Shown here one piece after another: positions 51,802 to 64,000 of a stretch of 64,000 nt of DNA. Made by a program: the position numbers and the translations under genes. The DNA lies in NCBI GenBank assembly GCA_053919585.1, contig CM132787.1; one strand, written 5' to 3'. This stretch comes from Euprymna scolopes. Taxonomy: Eukaryota. The notes under the pieces are model-generated. The model had not been told where the DNA came from. It saw only the letters and a program-made list of their open reading frames with translations, and did no database searches. The first letter of the stretch is position 1; the number at the start of each line of letters is the position of its first letter.

Positions 51802-52635
51802 TTACTAGGGAGTCTCCACTTATCAAGGCTCGAAGGCTACTCGAGGATAGAGGGTAATGAATGTACGGTAGTAGCGTGGTAATCTTTAATGGTGAAATTG
51901 GGTAGAATTTGGTTATTTATGGAGATAGCTCAACAAGAACTTGTTTACATTGGATTTGAAGACTACAATATTGTTTTCAACCTGGAAGCAAGACAGCGGA
52001 ACTATGTTCCACAGGCGGACAGTTCTAGGAAAGAAGCTTTGTTCATGAAATCTGCGTTTAAATTTAGGCACGGATAAAGCGTGGGGGAAATCGTTTATAG
52101 TGGTTGTAGTTAGTCGATTATTTTTTGTGAAAGTTTGGCAAGGAGACTATAGATTGGAGTTCAGCCGAGCACTGGCCACGAAAATGACAATAGAGCAGAG
52201 ACAGGCTCGCAACGTCCCTTCTGTGGGAAAGAGGTTGCAAGGAAGAGAAAATTACATCACTTACTAGGATTCGAAGCCGATTTTGAATTCTATCAAAGTA
52301 GGATAGGGCTCACCAAGCAACTCCTGCCGGCATGGTTTACCTGACTTTTATACAGATAAAAGATTGCACCGACAGTGAGATACCTGCGGGAGCGGTAGTG
52401 TGATCCAACCATTTTCCAGCGATCTTGGCAACAGATTTGATGTATGTTCCATTTCAGATCAGGGGTGGAAGTCAGTCCCAGAAGCTTGACATGAGGCGAC
52501 CTTAATACAAGAGCTATTTATTTTGATTGGGGCGTGGTGGGGGTCAGAACGATTATGATAAAAGGAGAGAAGCTTGGTTTTCGATGCATTAAAATTAACC
52601 AGCCACCTTTTTCTCAATTGCATCACGTTCTTAAA

Positions 52636-52684
<49 letters not shown>

Positions 52685-55250
52685 GAGAGAGAGAATCAGA
52701 AAAATCTTTGTCAATGCTGGCCTTTACAGTGTTGCTATAGATTGTGGTTTCGTCTGCATAAATGTCTACGAATGATGTATGAATGTGATTTGGGAGATCA
52801 TTGATGAAAATCAGGAAGAAGGTTGGGCTCAGGATAGAACCTTGAGTGACGCTATGAGTTTTTGATTTCTGGCCATCAGAATCTTATGAACCTATCATTT
52901 TATAAGCCTATCAGAGAGAAAGGATTTAATAATTGAGTGGAAATGTCCTACTATTCCATAGCTGGCGATCATGTGAAGTAGACCTTTATGTCATACTCTA
53001 CAAAAAGCCTTTGATATGCCAAGATCTATTGCTCTAGAAACGAGCCCCTGTCGAAAGATTTACCGATCCTGTGTAATATTACAGTTAGTACATCGGCTAT
53101 TGATCTCGCAGAACGGAACCTATGTTACGTGTCACTGGGCAAGTTATTTTTGCTGAGGTGGTTGTTCACTTTTCTATTTATCACAGATTCCAGCAACTTA
53201 CTCATGATGCACAGGAGACTGGTTGATTTTTAATGATCTCCGAAAATTTTAAATACGGGGCAGACTGATGAAGTTTTCCAGGGTGTTAGGAAGCATTTAT
53301 CTTTAAAGCAACGCTTAAACCGCTTTGTAAGTATGGGAGCTAATTCTGGTTGAAACGTTTTAAGCACTATGAATGGAATGCCGTCGGGACCAGTTGCTTT
53401 ACTGGAATCAAGGTCTTTAATAAACTTGGCAATATCACATACATATATTTATATGTCGCTTACTGTGTTTTAAGTGACAGGAGGAAATACGGGGTGGGGG
53501 GTAGGTTGATCTGATTGCAAAAGGGTAGAATTTGCTGCAAAGTTCTTGGCAAAGAGTTTTACTTTGTCAGATGCTGACGAAATTACCCCAAGTTCATTGA
53601 TGATGGTAGGGATAGTTGACACTGTTTATTATTTGCCAAAACTAGTGGGAACCAAGCCGCTGCTCAGCTACGTTAAACTTGACGTTCGAAGCATACGATT
53701 CTATTGCATTCTTTAATACTCTTTTAAAATGGTTGCTGGCAGTCCTAAAGGTGACTTTTTATTATTACGTTAGAAGCAATGGAAATAGTGATTTCTGTGC
53801 GCAATGGCAGCAGCACATTCTGGAGTGAACCAAGGCTGACCGTTGGGCTTTTGCTGGAATTTCTTGGAGGGTATGAAGCAGTCTATTCCAACAATTAACC
53901 ATTCAGTCAGGTCAGATTCTATAGAGGACACGTTCTTTTTTAACATGGAGTGAAGAGGTATATCTGGTATAAATGTCCGAAAGTTATTCTAATCAGCCAT
54001 AGAGTATCGATATACAATACGATGGAGAGGTACATCAGGACTTACTTTTATCTTAACTGAGACGACAAAGTGATCGGAAGATTCCAACGGAGACAGAAAA
54101 AAAGGATGAGCACATTTCTGGACAAGTTATAAGAAAAAGCATATTGTCTGCTGGAGTCGGGCATATAGGTGAGTTCGTGAACAATTTGTGTTAGGTGATA
54201 GGCAATCGAGAAATCATGATAGTATCTCCCCTCATCATCCGTCTTGTTTGAGTGAACTAGTCATTCAACGTTGTAAACATTGAAATCTCCGCACACGTGA
54301 ATGTTAGCTGAGAGATGTATAGACAGAATGAGGTCAATTTTCTCAGAAATACTCTCAATGATATTAACTCCGCTGTTATGGAGGCGATAGAGGGTAAATG
54401 TAACGCGAAATGCCACTCTGAAGCACGTATAAGGCAAATTAGAATGATCTCTTGAGATGTCCCTACCACATGGAAAGCTATCTTTAATGTAGGCACATAT
54501 TCCATGCCCATTTAGGGGGTCAGATTTTGATGTCAAGTTTTAGTATCCTTTAATCGTGAATTCATCTTGGGAAACAGTCGGTCCAATGCCAGTTTCACAC
54601 AGAAACAATGTCAGGTTTAGTCTCCTGTAATTAGATTTCAACCTCTGGAAGGTAAGAACGTAGACACCTAGTGTTAGAGATGGAAACTTGGTAGTGAGGG
54701 CTTGCGTTGGGTGGAGTTCTGAGTTTAATCTTGTTTTGTTTTTTCAGATTTTTAATCTTTGAGGATTGAGATATGTGGAAAAAAGATCGGCAGAGTTGTT
54801 AGAGCAGAGAAAAAATAAAGAATTAACGAAGAATGATTTTTGCAATCATATAGAGGAAAAGCCATACCCACCAATATTTCATCGACAGGCCCACCAGAAG
54901 TTATTGCATGATCCAGAAAAATCCACTAAATAGCCATACAGCAGTCCCAGTACTTTGATCTTTCTTATAGGATGGCCTCCTTGGTGGTTAATCTAAGGTT
55001 CAGGTCCCTGACTATCAGGCGGATAACCTCATCCCAGGTAAAACGTTTACCACCAGCATCCTTATTACTGATATGGCCACAAGGACAAAAATAGAAAAAA
55101 ATAAGAACATTGTAAGAGACTGCCCAGAGAAAAAAAGACTGCCGGCCTAGTGTAAATCTGTTCTCTTCTCCATTTGTGAGAAATATCACTCATTGTAAGT
55201 GAGGAGTGAAGGACAAAATAGAAGAAGCGAAAGTTTCGGAGCTACCGAGA
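51798..55250 (-). mobile_element. Near-full-length decayed CR1-group (Zenon-like) LINE
   Basis: APE motif IHVCGDFNV, RT motifs DISKAF and QGSILSPTFFLIFIND, and the family 3' tail. Many stops. Confidence 0.9.
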
Positions 55251-56913
55251 ACGCATCCACAATGCGTTTTCTACTCTCTATTGAAAAAAGTAAAAAAATA
55301 CACAACTAAGTATTGCACTTATCATAAGCTTAAATAAGCATTTTATAGGGGAGAAAATATCGATAGGTTTTCTCTCTCATGATTAAGGTAAAAATGTACN
55401 NNNNNNNNNNNNNNNNNNNNNNNNNNNNNNNNNNNNNNNNNNNNNNNNNNNNNNNNNNNNNNNNNNNNNNNNNNNNNNNNNNNNNNNNNNNNNNNNNNNN
55501 NNNNNNNNNNNNNNNNNNNNNNNNNNNNNNNNNNCTTGGACCAGAAACTATCATACATTTAAGAAAATAATCAAACAAAAAAAATATTACAAATTAAAAA
55601 CTCTGTCTGCTTCTAACGTTTTCCCTATCCAATACAGAAAACAGCGACTAAATGGTTGAATGCCCCTCTCCGCCTTGCGATCACTACTACTTAAATAAGT
55701 AAAGCATTAGTTGTCTTCCCTTACGATTATTCCTAGTATAATAAATAAGACATTCGTTGTCTTTCTTTACGATCATTACTACTTAAATAAGTAAAGCATT
55801 AATTGTCTTTCCCTTGAGATCTCTACTACGTGAATAATCTCAAGAACGATGAATCACAACTTTTCTTGCGTCTTTGCGTAAAACTAACGAACGAAAATAT
55901 ATTTAAGATATTTTTTGAATTATCTTAGATGAGGATTTGATTATTTGTATGATTCACGTTAATATGATTAATATTTACTTTTCGGATGGTGTTCTCAGAA
56001 ATTTTAGGCCTATGTAACCTCCGATTTTTAGGTGCATCTCGCAGGACTAAAAAAATACTTACGTCAAAATCGGAAATCTATATGAAATTTAAAACTGAAC
56101 ATTGAAATGTGGCTACGTATAATTAGTTTTATTCTGGAGGTTGAAGGTTCAATCCCCACTACATGCGAAACTAATTGAGAATATTTTTTTAAATACATTA
56201 CATTTTTACTCGTTCATGGTTGATGGAACGAAATTCAATTCGAAATTCCATACAGATTCTCGAGTTCGGCATAAAGATTTTCGAGCTCGACAAGACACAT
56301 CTGAAAAAGATCGAAAGTTACATCGGCCGAAACGTTTTGAGAATAACATTCAATATAAGAACAATAGCACGAATAATTGAAATAAAATTAATGAAGAACA
56401 ATCTTAAATATTTTTACAGGAAGCAAATATTTTTGGACATCATGAAGCTGAGAGACACACCAGAGATTTTCTTTAAGGTTTGTTTGGCTCGTCATTTTTA
56501 TGCGTTCATGGTTCTTTAAGCTAAGACATATATGGTTGAAAGTTAATGCACCCATAAGTAGAAAATAAAAGGAATATTTAACGGTCCAACGTACATTGAC
56601 AACATTTGAAGTCCTTTCCAATAAAAATCGATGACCAAAAACGTACATCGTATGAATCTGTAATTTAAAACTTGTTGACTGGCTTCATTCCATAGGCATT
56701 AGCTTGTCTGATTCATTTAAGAGTTGACCATTCACGAGAAGTGATACGCAATTCGGAGTAAAAGTGGTGCAATGGATATGACAAGAGAAGGGGGTTATCG
56801 TTAATCACCTAAGACACCCCTACAAGGGAATGTCAATGGGCTGCTCAGGCATTTTTGTAGGTGTTATCTTTTCAAACTGTACTTTCCGACTCTGTTTCAT
56901 TTTCTCTGTCGTC

Positions 56914-56947
<34 letters not shown>

Positions 56948-58169
56948 ATCATTAATCGTAGATTAATAAAATATTATAGTTTCCACTTCAAACAGGCAAG
57001 TACCAAATCTCCATTAGTAATAGATTTTCCTGATATAGTTTCAGTTACAGATAGACTGTAAATCTCCATTATAATAACACGTAACTCTGTGCGTGCAAAC
57101 GCTGCACGCTTGTTACCCACTTTGATATGTGCGCGTCTATTTAAATCGGAGGTAGCGCAAAACTCAAAAGAAATTGAACTAACCGTAACTCTAACCCGAA
57201 TCCTAAACTCAAAACAAGCTGAAATACACCCTTTGACATCCAAATGCAACCATGTTAACAGGTTTTGTAAAAAGGAAGAGAAACGTGTTAAGAACAAAGG
57301 CTGCTATTTTTTTCACCGCACCCTTGAAAATTATAATTATTGAAAATAAAATAACCTTCAATGATTTAACCAGTTTTATTGCACACATTAAAAAAGAAAC
57401 AAAGCTGTTTTTTTTTTTTAGATTGCCGGTTACGACAGCCATCAATACAAATGTTTGGTTGCTTTTGAACGTACCAATATGCAAGTTTTTTACTTACATA
57501 TCAAAGGCATATTACGTGTGTATGAGTGAGTTCGTTAGTTATGGACTTTGAATTCTTTCTTAATTTTACACAAATGTACTTCATGTGTCTGGAATTGTTC
57601 TTAGATAGATTTTGTATCGGAATACCTCCGATAAATATAAAAAATCGATAATCGAAAAAAGTCCGATTAAAGAAAGAACAGTCCAATTTTGACCAAAGTT
57701 AACATCATTATACGGTCTAACATCACAAGTGCATTTGACAATTTTCATCATCGCACAAGCAGAAGGGTCCGGTGTATAAAATTAAAAATAGGTTCTATGA
57801 TAAGACAGGGGCGCGTTCGAAATGAATGTTTCTCTTCAGAACACATCTGAATCATGATATTTTACTTTTGGAGTTTAAACGTTAATTCAAGTCCATATAT
57901 GAAAACAATTTTATAAAATCAACAGTATGGTTCTCTACAGTGCAATGTAGACTACAATATATTCTGAACTAAATCACTGCAAGTAGGCATGTGAAGCTTC
58001 CACCCGGTGCATCACAGTGGCTCCCCGACTAGAGCAAGCAATATGATTGAAAATTAGGGAGTTTATCGATTTTGATGACAATGAGATATTGAAAGTGTGG
58101 AAAATTTGTTGATACTCAATCCCTGGAAACCTGGTTGTCGGAAAAGAAACACAGTGGTATAGAGTTTCA

Positions 58170-58520
58170 CAAGCAACCAGTTCTAAAATAACTTTATTCA
58201 TGGAATTTGCGTTAAGATTCAGGCATAGACAGAGCGTGGAGGAATTTGTTGACGGTGGCTGTAGCTAGACGAGTGTTTTTGCGAACATTTTGCAGGGGAC
58301 ATAGTTTAAAGCTTAATATTACACTTGAACCTCTGCAATAAAAATAACAATAGAATAGGGATGGACTCGCAACGTCTCTTTTGTGAGAAAGGGGCATTAT
58401 CTACTCGGTTTCGAAGCCGGCTTAAAACCCTGTCAATGTAACAAAAGGTGCTCTGAACAGCTCCTTTCTCTATGGTGACAAAGGACTTCATTTTAAGACG
58501 TATTTGGTTCTTATACAAGT
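58170..58520 (-). mobile_element. CR1-group LINE C-terminal fragment
   Basis: PLSHKRDVASPSLFYCYF and KNTRLATATV. Confidence 0.8.
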
Positions 58521-59974
58521 AGAAGAATGTGATGAGAGATTATATTATAAATAAAAACTATAGGAACACCTGACCAAGGACATGTAAAATTAATTCTTCG
58601 AACAGAACAGTTTGCATCATAATTGCGTCTCCCTAATAAGATTAAAATCTAGGCGTATTCACACTGAAATTATTACTACAATTTTGATTCAATCCCAAAA
58701 TACGATTTGGATTCTAAAGTACAAGCTTAAGCGATCTTAAGAATAAATTGAAACTCAGATAATCTTGCTTTAATGATTCTAATGACTAGGGCTATGACAA
58801 GAGGATATTCTTTTCATTATTTTGACTCTCTAGTATATATCAGTTTATATCTTATATGTTTTTAGATAGAGTGATGTGCTTCTCAGTTGATTAACTGTGT
58901 CTAACTGTGTCGGATATATACTCGAGAATAAAAACAATTAAAAGAATATTCTCTTACCATAGCCTTGCTAATGACTATGGATCAAATTTAAAGCGAATCT
59001 GGAATATTTGAATTTTAAATGTGAAGTATATCAATATTATACCACAGAAAAATCTTTAAAATACTCTAAGGAAGTGTTGATGAGATATTAAGCTTTACGA
59101 ATTACACAAACTTGATTCTAAAGATAACAAAACACACACAGGTAATCACCATTATAATAACAAAAATGGGGAATATTTTTTTAATTAATGTTTTGTACCT
59201 ATTATTCAACTGTCACAAAAATCGAAGAATTTTTTTACAAAGGTCTTTGATCATTGCTTTGCTCCCTTTTGTCTGAAATTTTAATTTTTTGACAGGGTCT
59301 AGAATCCAGATAATTTTAAAAAAAAATTATTATTATATTTTAATTATGATTTTATTTTATTTATTCTTATGCATTGTCATCCTAAAGTAAATTTATTCTG
59401 TGTCTACAGTTATTTGATATTTAATTTCTAGAGTTTAATAAGCATTAGAATTTTAAACGATGAGAATTTACAAATTTCTCATTAAGGCATAATGTACGCG
59501 GGTCGTCTAGATTTCTACATGTACTGGCCTGAAGTATTATTTTCCACTCAATTACTGGAGAGTGTCAACTTGGTTTGAAAGATAAGTAATCAGTGTAGTT
59601 TTTATTCTAATTTTTTTGTTAATGAATGTACTTTTCTTGTTGTAATATCTAGTTTGAAAACCAAGGGAGATCATATCTAAGTAATACTTCTTGTTATTCG
59701 GCATTTATTTTGCAAATATTATGACTTGGTAAACAGAACCATATAGATTTAAAAGCCATATGTTAACTAAAAGTAATGCCCCAAAACGCATGTAATCTCC
59801 CACAATACATTTTTGAGACTTTATTTTAACATATTTTAAATNNNNNNNNNNNNNNNNNNNNNNNNNNNNNNNNNNNNNNNNNNNNNNNNNNNNNNNNNNN
59901 NNNNNNNNNNNNNNNNNNNNNNNNNNNNNNNNNNNNNNNNNNNNNNNNNNNNNNNNNNNNNNNNNNNNNNNNNN

Positions 59975-60367
59975 AAATACCTACAGATACTAGTGTTTCA
60001 TCCTTTCGGGACACAGTGCAGTGTGACACGATTACTGCTGGTCGGGAGATTCTAACCCGGCAATGAAGTCATCTCTGACTCCATAAGCAAGGCAGAAATC
60101 GTCTCGGCCAACTTAACCGCGAGAAGTATCGTTGAAATTTAAACATTTATTTTTAACTGTTTTAACGCCTGTCAGAGTGATCTAATAATCTCTTCATGAT
60201 CTCAGTATGCGAGCTAAAGTGACCGACTTCATTTGAACTGTAAAGTGCTCAACGATAAGAAACGATTTTTTAAAAGGGGCTGACATAATTATTTACTCTG
60301 ATAATGAATAAATACCTACAGACACTAGTGTTTAATCCTTTCGGGAATCATCAGTGCAGGGTGTCAC
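59975..60367 (-). mobile_element. Tandem hammerhead-containing repeat, 335-nt period (retrozyme-like family B), gap-flanked
   Basis: Motif repeated at 59980 and 60315. Minus-strand copy 2: cctgca-CTGATGA-ttcccgaaaggat-TAAA-cactagtg-TC-tgtagg. Copy 1 keeps GAAA but has lost CTGATGA. Confidence 0.7.
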
Positions 60368-60534
60368 NNNNNNNNNNNNNNNNNNNNNNNNNNNNNNNNN
60401 NNNNNNNNNNNNNNNNNNNNNNNNNNNNNNNNNNNNNNNNNNNNNNNNNNNNNNNNNNNNNNNNNNNNNNNNNNNNNNNNNNNNNNNNNNNNNNNNNNNN
60501 NNNNNNNNNNNNNNNNNNNNNNNNNNNNNNNNNN

Positions 60535-61104
60535 CTATATAGTTGACTATTTTAAAAAACTGATTACATATAATGATAGAAGATGTATCGAGACACAGGA
60601 GTGGGTATGTTTGATCTGGCAGAACGGTGGTTCATAAAAATTGTGGGGTCTGCTTCGCACCTGGTCCACAAAGTATGGAAATACAAAAATTAAAAATTTA
60701 AAAAAAACCACGTTTACAAATGTTTTTGATATAGGTGTACATAAGAATACTTTGATAAGTATGTTTTAACTTAAATAGGGATGGTATAATAAAAGTGTGT
60801 GGTCTGCGTTCGCGCCTGGCCTCTATAGAATGGAAATAGGCACAAAGTTTGACAAGTTTTTCAATATAGATCCACATAATATTGTGATAAGTGTTTCAGT
60901 GTGAACAGGTATGGTATAATAAATTATGGGGTTTATCTATTTTATTTTTACTTTCATAAAATTTTGCTTTGGTTTTGATACCCCCAAATTGGAAGCTATC
61001 TCTTTAAAACCCTTCCTTTTCATAACCTATCATACTTTCATAAATTAGAGTCCATTTTCTGTGGACTGTTTTTGAACCTAGTCAACGACGGATACTTTTG
61101 CTAG
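60535..61104 (+). mobile_element. Non-autonomous Helitron, copy 3 of 3 (5' end in gap)
   Basis: Homologous to 22590-23285, lacks one subrepeat, ends CTAG|T. Confidence 0.85.
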
Positions 61105-61176
<72 letters not shown>

Positions 61177-61429
61177 CATATATATATCATCATCATCAGG
61201 AAAATTGACGGTTTTCCTGATGATGATTCTGTTAATTTGCATTTTGTTTTTTTACTTTTTAATCCTTAGCAAATATTTTAATTAGCTAAGAGCCAAGTCA
61301 AATTTGTTCCACATGTTCAAATCCACTATTTATCAAGTTCCGAAGTTATAGATCAAACATTGGAAGAGTAGTTTGGTAGAGACTCTTCCATATACTGACA
61401 GACAAACATGATAACTTATATATATATAT

Positions 61430-61859
61430 ATTATTTTTAAAATGTAATTATCCACTGACACGTGTTTCGTCGTCTAAGACTCATCACAGTGGCTGAATAT
61501 AGCGAGATTCGAAATCGGGACCCAACGGTAATGAGCCTAAACCCTTATCCCTGGACCATCTCACCAACTGTCTGGACATATCGCGATTTACTTAGATGTT
61601 GTTTTGTTTTGGTTTTAGCGATATGTTTTGAATGAATTCAGTTATTTACGAAAGTGCCTTTTTACCTAAATGCGAGTTGGGAATAATTTTCCCTTTTAAC
61701 CAGTTTGGTACCCCCACATGCGGAGCGGTATATATATTATTTTTAAAATGTAATTATCCACTGACATGTGTTTCGTCGTCTACGACTCATCAGAATGGCT
61801 GAATATAGCGAGATTCGAAATCGGGACCCCACGGTAATGAGCCTAAACCCTTATCTCTG

Positions 61860-61863
<4 letters not shown>
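61430..61863 (-). mobile_element. Retrozyme-like family A: ~1.4 tandem copies of a 306-nt hammerhead-bounded monomer
   Basis: Hammerhead motifs at 61452-61492 (C3 to G mutation) and 61758-61798 (core intact, loop ACAT). Flanked by (TA)n and (GA)n. Confidence 0.85.
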
Positions 61864-61915
<52 letters not shown>

Positions 61916-63029
61916 AGTAATGAAAACAGAACAAACCAAATTATATGTTCATCAACATTTTGTCTATATTTCAAGACTTTCTCGGTATGATTAATTTAAA
62001 GGAAGTAAGATACCAGTACAATATAAAAATATACTTGCTTTGCTTGTAACGTCAAAGTTGTTTTTTTTTAATTTCAGAACATTAATATTCTAAGTGTATA
62101 TAGCGTTGGTGAATAGAGAGTAATATGTTTTAACGCCATTAGCCGTTAAATGTTTTAAAACATATGATGCGATTTCTGTTATTTTTGGAATAAATATAGT
62201 CGTTTTAATCCAAATGTTGGATGCGTAATTGAAATTGTTTTTTGTTTTTTTTATTATTTATTGATTGATTGTATTTATTATTTATAGGCATTATGTGCTG
62301 TGGTGTAAATAATTTAACCTGTGTCTAAAATTAAGTTCTGTTATTTTAATTTCATAAACATAACGTACACATTGGTTTTCATACATAAAGTAAATTCCAT
62401 AGTCTATAAGGATTATTTGATACTGAAGATATTCATAACCGTATCTTNNNNNNNNNNNNNNNNNNNNNNNNNNNNNNNNNNNNNNNNNNNNNNNNNNNNN
62501 NNNNNNNNNNNNNNNNNNNNNNNNNNNNNNNNNNNNNNNNNNNNNNNNNNNNNNNNNNNNNNNNNNNNNNNNNNNNNNNNNNNNNNNNNNNNNNNNNNNN
62601 NNNNNNNNNNNNNNNNNNNGTTTCTATGGGATGAATCTACATGAAAATTTGCAGGCTTTTTGAAGATTACATAGTTAAAATTTTATAAATTTGTAAAAAA
62701 AGAACCGAGATTTTAAAACCAATAAAATATACCTAAATTTAAATTACATTTGTATTTATAGAGTCCTGGCAGGAAGCTTCAGTTTTGCTATTTCGATTAT
62801 CTTCTCTGTNNNNNNNNNNNNNNNNNNNNNNNNNNNNNNNNNNNNNNNNNNNNNNNNNNNNNNNNNNNNNNNNNNNNNNNNNNNNNNNNNNNNNNNNNNN
62901 NNNNNNNNNNNNNNNNNNNNNNNNNNNNNNNNNNNNNNNNNNGTGCATTGCGATTATTAGCGAATGACTTAATATTTATTATAAGGTAAATATTTTAATT
63001 CAAACATAATTTCTTAATGTTAGATCATG

Positions 63030-63850
63030 TCTCTCTATAAGTCTCCAATCAAAAAGTAAAATGGCTTCTCCTACAGCAGGTACATCTCCAAAAAAAATAT
63101 TCAAAATTTTCTTGCATGTTCTTCCAAGTAGCACTTACATACAGCGTGGCATTTCATGTTTGCTCTATACCATCCCCACAACGATCACCATCTTTAGGAG
63201 TATCGCGGATCAAATTGACAACATCCTGACTACCCCTCCCTCAGCCATTCACGTTTGTGGTAACTTTAACGTCCACAACATTGAACTGCTGGTCCACTCT
63301 AATAAAACATATTACGAAGGTAAGTTTGATTCATGATTTTCTTCTGCCTATGATCTAATCCAACTAGTTGACGAACCCACCCACGTTCCTGATATCAACG
63401 ACTAATTTGCAAGCATCCTTGATCTTTTTCTGACCTCCCGCTTTGAACTGTGCACATCCTCCTTTATGTCTCCGCTAGGACCTTTCGGTCATTCGATTGT
63501 CTCTATTAAGATTAAAACTAGCAGCAAAATGTCCTCAGATGACAGTCTCCACCGCACGATGTATCGTTGCTCTATGGCCAACTGGGACGGTTTCCGTGCG
63601 TATATATCGGATATGCCCTGTTCTCTAAGTTCAAAAGGATGTATCCTCTATATCATCCGACTTGACAGATTGGCTAATCATTGGCATTGATAGCTATATA
63701 TTCTCTAAAAAACGTTACATTAAATCAAATAGACACACGTAGTACACCTCTGAATGTGCTACTGCAATTGCACATAGAAATCATTGTTTTAAACGGCGGA
63801 GATGATCAGAAATTAAAGCTACTTTTAGGTCTGCTAGCAACCACCAATAT
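63030..63850 (+). mobile_element. CR1-group LINE endonuclease region, decayed
   Basis: AIHVCGNFNVHN, PLGPFGHSIV and ANWDGFRAYI. Homologous to ~53750-54450. Confidence 0.85.
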
Positions 63851-64000
63851 GGTTGAACCTGGAAACGCNNNNNNNNNNNNNNNNNNNNNNNNNNNNNNNN
63901 NNNNNNNNNNNNNNNNNNNNNNNNNNNNNNNNNNNNNNNNNNNNNNNNNNNNNNNNNNNNNNNNNNNNNNNNNNNNNNNNNNNNNNNNNNNNNNNNNNNA

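Noticed and set aside
57178-57210. Interstitial telomeric repeat
   Set aside because: Only a few degenerate taaccc-like units, a pattern common inside non-autonomous elements.

Overview
AT-rich, repeat-dense animal (invertebrate-like) nuclear DNA from a gapped draft assembly. It is not prokaryotic and I could not identify the species. I found no complete host gene. The one credible host exon is a minus-strand signal-peptide exon at 25368-25455, so the region to its left is probably one very large intron and the region to its right probably upstream or intergenic DNA. The rest is transposon debris: a near-full-length decayed RTE (BovB-like) LINE, many CR1-group (Zenon-like) LINE pieces, R4/Dong-type LINE pieces, two mariners (one holding a 38 x 26-bp minisatellite built from its own transposase sequence), a ZNF862-like hAT transposase relic, many non-autonomous Helitrons, MITEs, a 5S-derived SINE and a solo LTR. 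The most notable signal is invisible in the ORF track: many self-cleaving-ribozyme motifs. Several distinct families of small non-coding elements carry type I hammerhead motifs, either in tandem (periods 306 and 335 nt, retrozyme-like) or in inverted arrangement (Penelope-like). An HDV-like ribozyme fold sits at the 5' end of the RTE, and a possible second one lies in a non-autonomous element. All base-pairings were worked out by eye. Activity and novelty are untested, and most element boundaries are approximate.
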